Assembly (NCBI GenBank): GCA_043811535.1
Contig: JBDRNC010000037.1
Location: forward strand, 1-64,000
DNA: 64,000 bases
Direction of reading: 5' to 3'
From: Elusimicrobiota bacterium
GTDB taxonomy: Bacteria > Elusimicrobiota > Endomicrobiia > Endomicrobiales > JBDRNC01
Within the stretch, counting starts at the first letter, position 1. Each line of letters opens with the position of its first letter. The notes under the pieces are model-generated. The model did no database searches and was not told where the DNA came from. It saw only the letters and a program-made list of their open reading frames with translations. Below, piece after piece: positions 27,628 to 37,728 of the stretch. A program made the translations under genes and the position numbers.

Positions 27628-30600
27628 ATGGATAACATAAAAAAACTCATTATCGTCGTATTGGTGCTCGCGGCCGCCTGCATCGCGGCGTACTCATCCG
27701 CGCCCGGGCCGTCTGTCATAGACACCATACGCCTGTCGAACGGGCCCGCGCTTAACCACCCCGGCCCGATAACGGCGGATCCCGCTGACGGCTCCGTTTT
27801 CGTGGCATCTAACGATGGCGGAAACGTCGTCAAGTACAACCCCCAGACAAAATTGATAGTAGGAGAGATAACGGGATTCATTTATCCGGAAGTCATAACG
27901 GTAAATGACGGCAAACTGTATGTCGCGTCTTTTGACAGCTCGTGGAATGCGGGAATTCAGGTTTATTCAGCTGCGTCGCTTGCCAAGACGGCGACAATAC
28001 CGTCGCTTGGCTGGTACGTCTATTCCATGCGGATAGATCCGTCTTCCAACACGCTATACTACGGCGCGACCAACCGCGCCTTTAAAGTAAACCTTGCGGA
28101 CAACACGCAGGAAGAGCTGTTTGATTTCAGGACCGCGATAGCCGGTTCAATGTATACTTACGGTTCGTGCATAAACATAGACAAAGAACGAAACAGGATA
28201 TATTTTACCTGCGCTTATTACAATACCGACTGGTCCATGCACGCGGCCGTGATATCTTATGACCCGTCCGCAAAACAGGTCGTCAGCGTGATTCCCATCG
28301 GGCAAAACCCGGCCGGTTTCGACTACCGTTATGATTCCGCTCTTGACGGCAAATACCTATTCGTCACGCAGATGTACGCGTCAGCGATAACGGTCGTTAA
28401 TGTGGAGAATAACAGCGTTGAGGCGACGATACAGAACGTGTCCTGGCCGCAGAAGCTTGCGCTGAACAAGTCAAGGCACCGCCTCTACGTTGTGGATAAT
28501 TACTCGGACAAGTTCCATATAATAGATACCCAGTCGTTCGCGCTGCTAAAGAGTTTCTGCCCCGGCGACGACCCGTCCGGAGTATGCGTAGACGAAGCCA
28601 GGGACCGAGCCTACGCGGCAAACCACTGGTCGCAGGACGTTGCCGTGGTGTCCTGCAGCGGCGAGTCGCTCATAGAGCGCGTGCCGTTCGTTCCCGCAAC
28701 CCCGCTTGACGCACTGGTTTCCGGAGGAAAACTCTATGTTTCTAACGGTCCGAACGGCGGCATGTTCATAATAGACCCTTCAAACAATCTTGTATCTGAC
28801 AGGATATTCCCGTTCAGCTACGCCCCGTATTACAGCGACCTTGTAATGCCCGCCGGCATACTGAATGTTTTTACCGGCGAAATACAGATCATGGGTCAAT
28901 CGGCATATACTGTGGACGAATATAACCAGTCGGTCGCGGTATTTGACCTGCAGGAAAAGAAGTTCGTCAACCATATCGGCCTTGGGACTTTCCCTACGGG
29001 TGTCGCGAAGTCCGGGAGCAGAATATATTTTCCTTTCGTTTTTTCCGGGTCACTGTGCCTCGGTATCACGGATGGCAACTTCAACGAAGTAATAGACCTG
29101 GGTACGAGCGACAAGTCCGGAGGAATAGCTGTCAATGCAACCACGCAGAAAGCGTATATCGCGGATTATTCCAATAACCAGATAGCGGTTGCCGGCATCA
29201 CGAGTAAGAACTTCATAAAAAGGATTGATGTGGGATATTATCCCGCTGGTGTTGCGGTCAACGAGGCGACCAATAGGATTTACGTTGCTAACTACGGCTC
29301 TGATTCGATCGCGGTCATAGACGGCGCAAGCGATACCCTGCTTGGTTATATAGATGTAGGGAGCGCCCCGTGGGGCATCGAGGCAAACGCATCGTCCAAC
29401 CGCGTTTACGCGGTCAATTCCGGCGATAAGACGCTGAGCGTTATAAACGGTGCCGATAATACCGTTGTTGCGGTGCTTCAGGCCGGCAACGGCGCGAAAT
29501 ACTGCGGCGTGAACCAGGAGATGAGCCGCGTGTACGTGCCTAACCAGCTGGACGGCACTATAACTGTCATCGAGGACGATACCGGAAGCGCGCCTCCGCC
29601 TCCGCCTCCGCCTCCCGCGGAAATCGCCAAAGCGACAATAAAGAATCCCAATGACGGCAAGAGAATATGCGGAAACGCCGTTACAATATTCGCGGATATC
29701 ACGCAGGGAACGGCTTCGGGTGTGTTGTTCCAGTACAAGCGCAAGAACTCCACGCAATGGGTTATTATAGACGAGAAAGATACCAAGAAACCCTTCCACG
29801 TTTACTGGAACACAAGGGAACTGCAGTGCGGGGAATATAAACTGAGAGCGATAGCTTATAACGCCGATAACGTACCTGACCCGCTGCCCGGATACATAAC
29901 GGTATACATTGACGACCAAAATCCGGATATTGTGGAAGAGAACAAGAACGGCGGTTGCTACAAGGCCCAGAAGGTAAACTTCAACGAGAATACGGAGGTC
30001 CAGCTCGGGGATGGCACGAGAGCCTGCATTCCCCCCGGTGCGATAAACAAAACCACGTTCCTCGTGATAGAGACGGTGAAGGACGCGCCGGCTCCGGTCA
30101 AGGAATCTTCGCTGAAATCTCTCGGCGTCACGAGAAAGTATGAATTTGCGGACGGAACGAAATTTTTCAGCCAGCCCATACAGATATCACTTCCATATAA
30201 GGACGAAAACAACGACGGGATAGTGGACGGGACATCGGTAAAAGCGGAAGACCTGAAAGTGATGTATTTCGACGAAACAAGGTCCGAGTGGCGCAGTGTC
30301 GCGCAGGACTCCGGGCTCGGGATGAACGCGGCGAACACCGATGCTTACAAAGAACCCGGTTCGGTTTCGGTCAAGACCAGTCATTTTACGATGTTCGGGC
30401 TTTTCTACGCTGAACCGAACGCTGATCTCAACAGCGTGATAATATATCCGAACCCGTTCAGGCCGTATCAAGGCCATACGTCTGTCACGTTTGACGGCTT
30501 GACGCAAAATGCGAAGATCTCCATATATACGGTGTCCGGGCGCGTGGTAAGGGAACTGTCCGCGGATTCCGGCGGTAAACTGGAATGGGACGCGCTGAAT

Positions 30601-30696
30601 GACGGCGGCGAGAAAGTAGCGAGCGGCGTCTACATTTATTGCGTCACTAACAACAAAGGGCAGAAAACGATAGGCAAGTTCGCAGTAATAAGATAA
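27628..30696 (+). CDS. secreted YVTN/YncE beta-propeller protein with Ig-like, ZU5/GPS-like domain and T9SS type A-like CTD
   Basis: repeated P.GVAVN...RIYVAN..S..I.VID units; poly-Pro linker; SHFT motif; IYPNPF...VASGVYIY...KFAVIR tail. Confidence 0.85.
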   Translation: MDNIKKLIIVVLVLAAACIAAYSSAPGPSVIDTIRLSNGPALNHPGPITADPADGSVFVASNDGGNVVKYNPQTKLIVGEITGFIYPEVITVNDGKLYVASFDSSWNAGIQVYSAASLAKTATIPSLGWYVYSMRIDPSSNTLYYGATNRAFKVNLADNTQEELFDFRTAIAGSMYTYGSCINIDKERNRIYFTCAYYNTDWSMHAAVISYDPSAKQVVSVIPIGQNPAGFDYRYDSALDGKYLFVTQMYASAITVVNVENNSVEATIQNVSWPQKLALNKSRHRLYVVDNYSDKFHIIDTQSFALLKSFCPGDDPSGVCVDEARDRAYAANHWSQDVAVVSCSGESLIERVPFVPATPLDALVSGGKLYVSNGPNGGMFIIDPSNNLVSDRIFPFSYAPYYSDLVMPAGILNVFTGEIQIMGQSAYTVDEYNQSVAVFDLQEKKFVNHIGLGTFPTGVAKSGSRIYFPFVFSGSLCLGITDGNFNEVIDLGTSDKSGGIAVNATTQKAYIADYSNNQIAVAGITSKNFIKRIDVGYYPAGVAVNEATNRIYVANYGSDSIAVIDGASDTLLGYIDVGSAPWGIEANASSNRVYAVNSGDKTLSVINGADNTVVAVLQAGNGAKYCGVNQEMSRVYVPNQLDGTITVIEDDTGSAPPPPPPPPAEIAKATIKNPNDGKRICGNAVTIFADITQGTASGVLFQYKRKNSTQWVIIDEKDTKKPFHVYWNTRELQCGEYKLRAIAYNADNVPDPLPGYITVYIDDQNPDIVEENKNGGCYKAQKVNFNENTEVQLGDGTRACIPPGAINKTTFLVIETVKDAPAPVKESSLKSLGVTRKYEFADGTKFFSQPIQISLPYKDENNDGIVDGTSVKAEDLKVMYFDETRSEWRSVAQDSGLGMNAANTDAYKEPGSVSVKTSHFTMFGLFYAEPNADLNSVIIYPNPFRPYQGHTSVTFDGLTQNAKISIYTVSGRVVRELSADSGGKLEWDALNDGGEKVASGVYIYCVTNNKGQKTIGKFAVIR

Positions 30697-30700
30697 TACA

Positions 30701-31633
30701 ATGAACAGAAAGGCCATATCAACCATCGCGGTATTTGCAATCATTTCGGCGCTTGCGGCGTCGGGTGCCAGAGGGGCCGGAGTTTCGTCCGCTGAGTTCC
30801 TGCTCATCGGCGTCGGCGCCAGAGCCCAGGGACTGGGCAACGCGTATACCGCCGTATCCAGCGACATCAACAGCATTTACTGGAACCAGGCGGGCTTGGG
30901 CGTCATGAAACGGCCCGAGGTTTCATTCATGCACAACGCGTGGCTCGATAACATGACTTACGATTACGCGGCGTTCGGCGTGCCTACGAAAGCCGGCACT
31001 TTCGGGTTCAGTGTCCATTACCTTAACATTGGCGAGATTACCGGGCGGGCCAGCCAGATATCGGAGCCCTATACGTTCAAGGCCGGCGACACGATGTTCA
31101 CTTTCGGCTATGGCTCGAAGGTCATCCGCAACGGCTACGCCGGGCTTAACCTTAAGTATATCCGCGAGAACATAGACGACGTGACCGCAACGGGCTTTGC
31201 CGCAGACTTGGGTCTCCTCTACAAGCTGCCCGGGCATTCTCTCAGCTTCGGCTTGACGGCGCGCAATATCGGCGGAGGCATGAAATACGTGAACGAGACT
31301 GAAAATCTCCCGATGAACATAAGTCTCGGCGCGGGATATCAGATTGGGGGATTTGGCATCAGCATGGACCTTAGGCATTACGCGTACGACAAAACAAGCG
31401 AAATATGCGTCGGTACGGAGTTTGCACCCGTAAGCATCCTTTCGCTGCGCGGCGGATTTCTTTATAATATGCTGAAAAACAGCGCGGCCCCTGACGTTCC
31501 TTCAGGCGGCGAAACATTCAATCCTTCCGGCGGCATGGGATTCAGGTTTGGCGGAAGCCAGATAGATTATTCCTTTACGCCTTTCAACCAGCTCGGATCA
31601 ACCCACAAAGTCTCTCTCACCTACGGTTTCTAA
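30701..31633 (+). CDS. PorV/PorQ-like outer membrane beta-barrel
   Basis: AEFLLIGVGARAQGLGNA, YWNQAGL, IDYSFTPFNQLG.THKVSLTYGF. Confidence 0.82.
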   Translation: MNRKAISTIAVFAIISALAASGARGAGVSSAEFLLIGVGARAQGLGNAYTAVSSDINSIYWNQAGLGVMKRPEVSFMHNAWLDNMTYDYAAFGVPTKAGTFGFSVHYLNIGEITGRASQISEPYTFKAGDTMFTFGYGSKVIRNGYAGLNLKYIRENIDDVTATGFAADLGLLYKLPGHSLSFGLTARNIGGGMKYVNETENLPMNISLGAGYQIGGFGISMDLRHYAYDKTSEICVGTEFAPVSILSLRGGFLYNMLKNSAAPDVPSGGETFNPSGGMGFRFGGSQIDYSFTPFNQLGSTHKVSLTYGF

Positions 31634-31658
31634 ACTCTATTAAACAGGACGATTTCCG

Positions 31659-31714
31659 TTGACGAAAGGCTATATTTCGTTTATACTGTATACAGCATAA
31701 GGTAAACGTTTCCA
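31659..31714 (+). promoter_or_regulatory. promoter with LacI-type operator
   Basis: TTGACG-17-TATACT then GGTAAACGTTTCCA (31701-31714) just before ATG 31720. Confidence 0.55.
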
Positions 31715-31719
31715 TCCAT

Positions 31720-33942
31720 ATGAAGATCAGATACGATCTCAAAAATTTCCTCATTGTGTCCGTGCTGTTCCATCTTTTGGCGCTTTTATTCTTTCCGAAG
31801 ATGGAGATATCCCGCCTGGCATTCCCCACGAGAGAAATAATGCTGGAATTATCTGCGCCCGTTGTCCCGGAAACTCTGCCGGCTCTTCCTGAAATCAAAG
31901 AGCCGGCGGTGGAAATGGAGGCGGCCGCGCTCGAAAAAGCCGCTGCAGTTCCCGAAAAGTTCCTGGGGCCGAGCGCCGAAACGCTCAAGAAAAACATTAT
32001 AGCGGAACTGTCGGCGCAAATGAAAAAAGCCGGCAACGTCAGGGCATGGGACATGGATACGGCCGAGATCCCGTTCGAAATGCGTGAATCCGTTGTCGGG
32101 GAGATGGATTCACGCGACATGGAAGATATGAGCGGACGCATCGACGCGTTCCTGAAGAAAGCCCCGGCCGCGCACCTGCAGGGAAACGTTGAGGAATCAA
32201 AGGCATATAGCAAGGACCTTGCCGCGTCGAGAGACTTCTATAAAAGAGGATCCAACGGTACCGCCGGTTTAAACGCTTTTGTAACGGCTTCTTCTTCAAG
32301 CGCCGACGTGTATGAAATTGTTAATGGGAAAAGGGTGTACAAGGGAAAAGGCCAGGGGCTTGTCTGGGACCTGGACGGCGACGGAGCCGTGGATGACGAT
32401 GAATTCCAGGTGGCTGCCAGCACCTACAAGGCGAGATACGATTGGTTTTTCAAGGACGCGGCCTGGAAGATACGGTACTCAAAGTACCCGCTTGACGACT
32501 ATCTGATATTCGCGAACCAGTTGGATACGAACGGCCTGCATGACATCAAGGAATCCATCAAACTATACGAAGATATAAGGAAAGTCGAAGCTTTTAAATA
32601 TCCTATAGACACGCTTGCCGAAGGGTACACGTACCACTGGGTTGAGCCCCACGCGATCAAGACTCTAATCCGCGTCCTGAAAGACCAGGGCGACGAACTC
32701 GGGTATTACGATTACATCCTCAAGCAGGCAGTTCTGTCAAAATCTTTCACGCGCGACGAAGAAAGGATAGACAAACTTATACGGTTCGCGGTGGGCGATG
32801 ATTCGGGAAAACTCGTGGAAAAACTTCAGAAAGAGCAGGAGATCCCGCAGTTCATTATAGACAGATACATGGAAAGCCCCGATCCTGCCCTGCGCGCGGT
32901 GGTCGTGCAGCTGCTGAAACCGGAGAATGAAAAACATTTCCAGATGCTTTTAAAAGCCGCCGCGGACAAGTTTCTGATTGTCAGGAGTCTCGCCGCGAAA
33001 AGACTCGCCGAATCGGGAGACCAGCGCGCCGTGCCCGCGTTGATGGAAATGGCAAAGGAAGACACCGGCGTTGGAACTGACTACACAAGGGTAACCAAAG
33101 GATGGCAGCGCCCTGAGGGTTTCATAGCTCGCCAGTCGGCGCGGCTGGCATTGTACAAGATCCTCGGCGCCAACAAGATAGATATCCGGACGGTGGATTT
33201 CGCGGACCTGGTCCTGAAAGACAATATCGGCGGTGTTTCCAAAAACGGAGAGATGGACGTGGATGTCGACAGCAATCCCGTCTGCTCGCTTCGGAACAGC
33301 AGTTCGGACGGCAGTTACCGCTTGTTCATGGACCCGAAGTATTACGCCCGCAACAAACCGAAAGATTTTTATTACGTTCTCAGACATAACGGTTTCAAAA
33401 AATATATAAATATCCGGACGCGCGTGCGGGCCGATAAGAACGATTACGCCTCGCCAATTGTCAGATTCCTTGGCCGCGGCGGAGAACCGCTTAAGGAAAT
33501 CTTTCTTTCAGACAGCCTGGCGGCGTTAAGAGGGAGCGGGGGGTGGAGGGATTACAGCGTAACCGGGGAAATACCGGTCGGTTGCGTTGAGATTCGCGTC
33601 CAGATGGTTTTAGCCGGGAAAAGGGATGTCTTTCTGGGAAGCGTTAATATTTCCTGGAGCGACACATGGATGTTTCCGGGCACCGTTACTGCAAATCCCG
33701 CGCGAGAAAAGGATAAAAGAGACAATGCTTTCATTGATTTCCTGATCGGCCGGATGAAGAACGAGAAGAACACGGTTGAGGAAGAATTGCTGAGGAATGT
33801 GGTAAAGAACGATGCGCTTGAGAATCTGATAGTAGCCGCGAGCGATGAAAACGAGGTAATAGCGAAAAGGGCAGAAAAAATATTAATGGACCAGGCGGAC
33901 ATGGAGACGCTTGTCAAGTTAAAAGCAAGCGCCAGGCCGTAG
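31720..33942 (+). CDS. TonB/TolA-type anchored protein with EF-hand-like loop and HEAT repeats
   Basis: N-terminal TM with S-x3-H (SVLFH), Pro/Glu linker, DLDGDGAVDDDEF, VRSLAAKRL..GD.RAVPAL HEAT. Confidence 0.6.
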   Translation: MKIRYDLKNFLIVSVLFHLLALLFFPKMEISRLAFPTREIMLELSAPVVPETLPALPEIKEPAVEMEAAALEKAAAVPEKFLGPSAETLKKNIIAELSAQMKKAGNVRAWDMDTAEIPFEMRESVVGEMDSRDMEDMSGRIDAFLKKAPAAHLQGNVEESKAYSKDLAASRDFYKRGSNGTAGLNAFVTASSSSADVYEIVNGKRVYKGKGQGLVWDLDGDGAVDDDEFQVAASTYKARYDWFFKDAAWKIRYSKYPLDDYLIFANQLDTNGLHDIKESIKLYEDIRKVEAFKYPIDTLAEGYTYHWVEPHAIKTLIRVLKDQGDELGYYDYILKQAVLSKSFTRDEERIDKLIRFAVGDDSGKLVEKLQKEQEIPQFIIDRYMESPDPALRAVVVQLLKPENEKHFQMLLKAAADKFLIVRSLAAKRLAESGDQRAVPALMEMAKEDTGVGTDYTRVTKGWQRPEGFIARQSARLALYKILGANKIDIRTVDFADLVLKDNIGGVSKNGEMDVDVDSNPVCSLRNSSSDGSYRLFMDPKYYARNKPKDFYYVLRHNGFKKYINIRTRVRADKNDYASPIVRFLGRGGEPLKEIFLSDSLAALRGSGGWRDYSVTGEIPVGCVEIRVQMVLAGKRDVFLGSVNISWSDTWMFPGTVTANPAREKDKRDNAFIDFLIGRMKNEKNTVEEELLRNVVKNDALENLIVAASDENEVIAKRAEKILMDQADMETLVKLKASARP

Positions 33943-33965
33943 TCGCGGGTCAAGGGAGTCATACC

Positions 33966-34598
33966 ATGAACACAGTTGAAGTCAGCCAGTGGATAGTGAA
34001 GGGCGGGCCGATAATGTGGCCTATAATAGCCGGTTCCGTCGCCGGCCTTGCGATCGTCCTTCAGAAAACGGTGCTTCTGATGATACTTAAGCGCAGGAAC
34101 AAGGAAAACGATTTTCCCGAGCGGGTATTTGGACTGCTTAGGGAAAAAGATGACAAGAAAGCGCTTGAGTTCTGTTCCGGCGTGGATTCTCCTTTCGCGC
34201 GCATCCTCCAGAAAGGCCTTGAGACGGGAAGTTCCGGGAAAGTCACGGCGGAAATGGCGATGGAGCGCGAAGGCGCAAAGCAGATGAAACGGCTTGAGTG
34301 GGGGATGGGGCTCCTGCTGAGCATCGTGGGTCTCGAGCCCATGATGGGCTTCCTAGGCACCATAATCGGGCTTATACAGGCCTTCAAAACATGGGAGGAA
34401 CTCGGCAACAGCGTCACGGTGAGCGCGTTGTCGGGCGGGATGTACTCGGCCATGATAACAACCGCCGCGGGGCTCGCGGTAGCCATCCCATTGTACCTGT
34501 GCTATAACAGCCTGATGAGCGCGTTCAAGGGGATAGCGCACGAATGGAACGAGGCTGGGACGACAGTCGCGGATTATTTCAAGAAAGGAAAGGAGTGA
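33966..34598 (+). CDS. exbB: MotA/TolQ/ExbB proton channel
   Basis: GGPIMWPI, PMMGFLGTIIGLI, AMITTAAGLAVAIP. Confidence 0.9.
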   Translation: MNTVEVSQWIVKGGPIMWPIIAGSVAGLAIVLQKTVLLMILKRRNKENDFPERVFGLLREKDDKKALEFCSGVDSPFARILQKGLETGSSGKVTAEMAMEREGAKQMKRLEWGMGLLLSIVGLEPMMGFLGTIIGLIQAFKTWEELGNSVTVSALSGGMYSAMITTAAGLAVAIPLYLCYNSLMSAFKGIAHEWNEAGTTVADYFKKGKE

Positions 34599-34601
34599 CC
34601 C

Positions 34602-35024
34602 ATGAAGATATCAGTTACTCGTGAACACATGGGGGCATTTGAGAGCATAGCTATCACCGATATAATAATGAACCTGTTCATTTTCTTTTTCGTTTCTTTC
34701 AGTTTGATATACTCGCTTGATTACGCCAAGGAAAACCGCATAAACATCAAACTGCCGAAGGGCGGAGGCGTCGCCGCGCAGAACCGCCAGCCGCCGCTTA
34801 CGGTGACGGTGACGAAATACAAGGAAATCTACCTGGGCGACAACCTAATACCGCAGGAGAAACTCGAACAGGCGGTCAGAAGCGCCGTCGGGGCGAAGCA
34901 GGACAAGACGGTCTACCTGCGCGCGGACGACACGCTGAACTACGGTTTTGTCATAGGGATACTGAGCAAATTGCACGGTTCGGGCGCAAAAGTGCTCGCG
35001 CTGGGGGTGGAGTCGGGTAAGTAG
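34602..35024 (+). CDS. exbD: ExbD/TolR
   Basis: TM Asp (ITDIIMNLFIFF), IKLPK, VYLRAD...YG.V..L...GA. Confidence 0.9.
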   Translation: MKISVTREHMGAFESIAITDIIMNLFIFFFVSFSLIYSLDYAKENRINIKLPKGGGVAAQNRQPPLTVTVTKYKEIYLGDNLIPQEKLEQAVRSAVGAKQDKTVYLRADDTLNYGFVIGILSKLHGSGAKVLALGVESGK

Positions 35025-35197
35025 CGAAGACTGTATACTTCTTTGGAATTTGAGCAATATAGTATTGGTCCGTCCCGCCTATGGCGGGACTCAAATCCCT
35101 ATGCCGGACGGATGCGATGCGGTAAGTTCCGGAAAGATGCGGCATCTGTTTCGTAAAGTAAATTGATATTTCTTTCCTTTTTTGATAAAAATCATTA

Positions 35198-37129
35198 ATG
35201 AACCGCAGAAAAACAGCTCTTCTTATCCTCTTACTTGCCGCGATAACCTTCATTTCTTATTTGCCGTCCCTTAAGAACGATTTCGTGAATTATGACGACA
35301 ATGTCATGGTCACGGGCAACCGCGATATCAGGGACCTTTCGCCGCAAAACGTTTTTAGAATCTTTTCAAAACCGCATGCCGGCCTGTACCACCCGCTTGT
35401 AACCCTTTCTTACGCCGTGGAATACAGGATTGCCGGGCTTAATCCCCGCTTGTTCCACGCGACTAATCTTCTGCTTCATATTCTGAATTCCATTCTTGTA
35501 TTTGCGATGATAATCCTTTTAACATCGAATCCGGCCGTTTCGTTCGTTGTCGCGGCCATGTTCGGGCTTCATCCGATGCACGTGGAGTCGGTCGCCTGGA
35601 TCGCCGAACGGAAAGATGTGCTTTACGCCTTTTTCTTTCTTCTCTCAATAGTATGCTACCAGGCATACGCCAAGAAAACCGGAAAAAAATGGTATGCGCT
35701 GTCCGTCACCGCATTCATGCTTTCCTTACTGTCAAAACCAATGGCTGTCACGCTCCCTGTAATCATTTTTCTTCTGGATTACTATGAAGGGCGCAAATTC
35801 AATACCAAATCCGTGTACGAAAAGGCGCCGTTCATTGTTTTATCGGCCGCTTTTTCAGCCGTAGCTATAATATTTCACCGGGCATCGGGCTGGACAGGGG
35901 AAATAACCGCGGGCAGTCTTGTTTCCGGAGTTTACCGTGCCTTTAACGGGTTGTTGTTCTACCTTTCGAAGATATTTGCGCCGGTGAAACTCGTGCATAC
36001 ATACGTCGATTCCGAAATGCTGTCGCAATGGTTCGGAGTTTTCGACTTATCGCTCATTTTGATTATAACTGCCGTTTTCATTATACTGCTTGGCCGCGAT
36101 AAATGGAGGAAGACGGCGCTGTTCGGCGCGGCGTTTTTTGTCACGGCTATTCTGCCGGCGCTTCAAATCATTACGAACGGAAGGGCTATAGCAGCCGACA
36201 GGTACACATACGTGCCGTCTATAGGTATTTTCTTCATTGTTGCCTCCGTACTTTATTACTTCGCGATGAAAAACATTAAAACAATGCGGATAGCCGCGGG
36301 TATGTTCATTGTTCTGACGGCGGGAATGTCATTCATGACATGGCAAAGATGCGAGGTTTGGCGGGACGGGGTGTCATTGTGGGCCGATGAACTGAAACAA
36401 TATCCGAAATTCGTCTACGCTTTGAATAACAGGGGCCTTGCCTACGGCGAGAAGGGAAGATTTGACCTGGCATTTGATGATTTTCAGAAAGCGATACAGC
36501 TTGACCCGGGATTTGTCCACGCGTATAACAACAGGGCAAACATCTATAAAAGGAGAAAAGAGATACGAAAAGCGTTCGCGGATTATGATAAAACAGTGGA
36601 ATTGAACGGCGCTTATCAAGAGGCATATCTTAACCGCGGGTCGCTATTCGAGGACACGGGCCGGTATGAAAAGGCTGTCTTCGATTACAGCAAGGTAATA
36701 GAGCTTGACCCGAACAATGCGTTAGCTCATTACAACCGCGGGAACGTTTATGCCGTCCGGAAAGAGTATGAAAAAGCCCTGGCAGACTATAATTCGGCGA
36801 TAAATATCGAACCATTCTATGCGGACGCGTACATGAACAGAGGATCGGTTTACATGAAGCGCGGAGATTTTGAAAAAGCCGGCGCGGATTTTGATAAAGC
36901 GATAAGCGCCGACCCGTCCGCGGCCGAAGCTTACTACAACCGGGGAGTTCTGAATTTTCAGGCCGGGAGAAGCGAGCTCGCCTTGTTTGATTTCAGCAAG
37001 GCGACACAGCTTGACCCGGGCATGGCGAAGGCATATTTCAACAGGGGGATGACCTACAGGCTTATTGGAAATTTAAACGACGCCGAAAAGGATCTGAAAA
37101 AGGCGGAAGAACTCGGGCTAAAGCGTTAA
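35198..37129 (+). CDS. TMTC-like GT-C membrane glycosyltransferase with C-terminal TPRs
   Basis: FVNYDD, YHPL, HPMHVESVAWIAERKDVL, LLSKP, ADRYTYVP, then TPR array. Confidence 0.85.
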   Translation: MNRRKTALLILLLAAITFISYLPSLKNDFVNYDDNVMVTGNRDIRDLSPQNVFRIFSKPHAGLYHPLVTLSYAVEYRIAGLNPRLFHATNLLLHILNSILVFAMIILLTSNPAVSFVVAAMFGLHPMHVESVAWIAERKDVLYAFFFLLSIVCYQAYAKKTGKKWYALSVTAFMLSLLSKPMAVTLPVIIFLLDYYEGRKFNTKSVYEKAPFIVLSAAFSAVAIIFHRASGWTGEITAGSLVSGVYRAFNGLLFYLSKIFAPVKLVHTYVDSEMLSQWFGVFDLSLILIITAVFIILLGRDKWRKTALFGAAFFVTAILPALQIITNGRAIAADRYTYVPSIGIFFIVASVLYYFAMKNIKTMRIAAGMFIVLTAGMSFMTWQRCEVWRDGVSLWADELKQYPKFVYALNNRGLAYGEKGRFDLAFDDFQKAIQLDPGFVHAYNNRANIYKRRKEIRKAFADYDKTVELNGAYQEAYLNRGSLFEDTGRYEKAVFDYSKVIELDPNNALAHYNRGNVYAVRKEYEKALADYNSAINIEPFYADAYMNRGSVYMKRGDFEKAGADFDKAISADPSAAEAYYNRGVLNFQAGRSELALFDFSKATQLDPGMAKAYFNRGMTYRLIGNLNDAEKDLKKAEELGLKR

Positions 37130-37338
37130 ACCGGATCGGTATCCCCCAATAAAATACTATTGAAAATTATGCTATAAGAGCGTCCGATAGGGCGAGTCTG
37201 CGAAGCACAACAATTTTTTTGAAAGTTGAGAGTAGAAAGTAGACCGTCCGCCACTAAGACGTTGGCGGGGTGTTCCTTAGTTGTTGTCGTTTGGTCTTTA
37301 ATTGTTAACTGGTAATTGTCCATTGTTAATTGAAAAAC

Positions 37339-37432
37339 GCCGGGGTGGCCCCGAATAACGCTTCGCGTATACGGGGTAAACTCCACCAGCAGAACTTGCC
37401 CCGATACGTCGGGGCGCACAGGACTTAAAATC
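37339..37432 (+). pseudogene. 5' half of tRNA-Leu(TAA) interrupted by two hairpin insertions
   Basis: GCCGGGGTGGC[insert]AGAACT..[insert]CGCACAGGACTTAAAATC; no variable arm, T arm or 3' acceptor. Confidence 0.7.
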
Positions 37433-37542
37433 TATTAAAATGCCCTCCACCTTACTTCCCTTTCTCGACGGTAAACTGATACTTTTAAGAATGTTCAATT
37501 TCGGTGTATTTCGGTCTATTTAGGCCTGTTTCTGGGGAGTAC

Positions 37543-37564
37543 TAGACAAACTTTGGACAAACTT
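37543..37564 (+). repeat. tandem 11-bp direct repeat resembling integrase arm-type sites
   Basis: TAGACAAACTT TGGACAAACTT ~110 bp inside the left junction. Confidence 0.45.
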
Positions 37565-37728
37565 ATTTCCAAAACAGTGCACAGGATTCCGGTCCGCTAA
37601 TGTTGTTTTCAGGGGTCAAGGTCTGTCCACCAGTCTTGACCCCTTTTCTTGTGCACATAAAAGAGCCAAAATCGACCATTATGATTTGAAATAGTTAGTC
37701 TGCCTGGTCCGAAAAATAACGGGCAGTC

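Noticed and set aside
35060..35150. Possible SRP or other ncRNA after exbD
   Set aside because: No SRP GGAA-loop/AGCAG consensus; only a REP-like GTCCCGCC-TAT-GGCGGGAC hairpin
37339..37432. Intron-containing or split functional tRNA
   Set aside because: 3' half absent, and inserts resemble dispersed hairpin repeats
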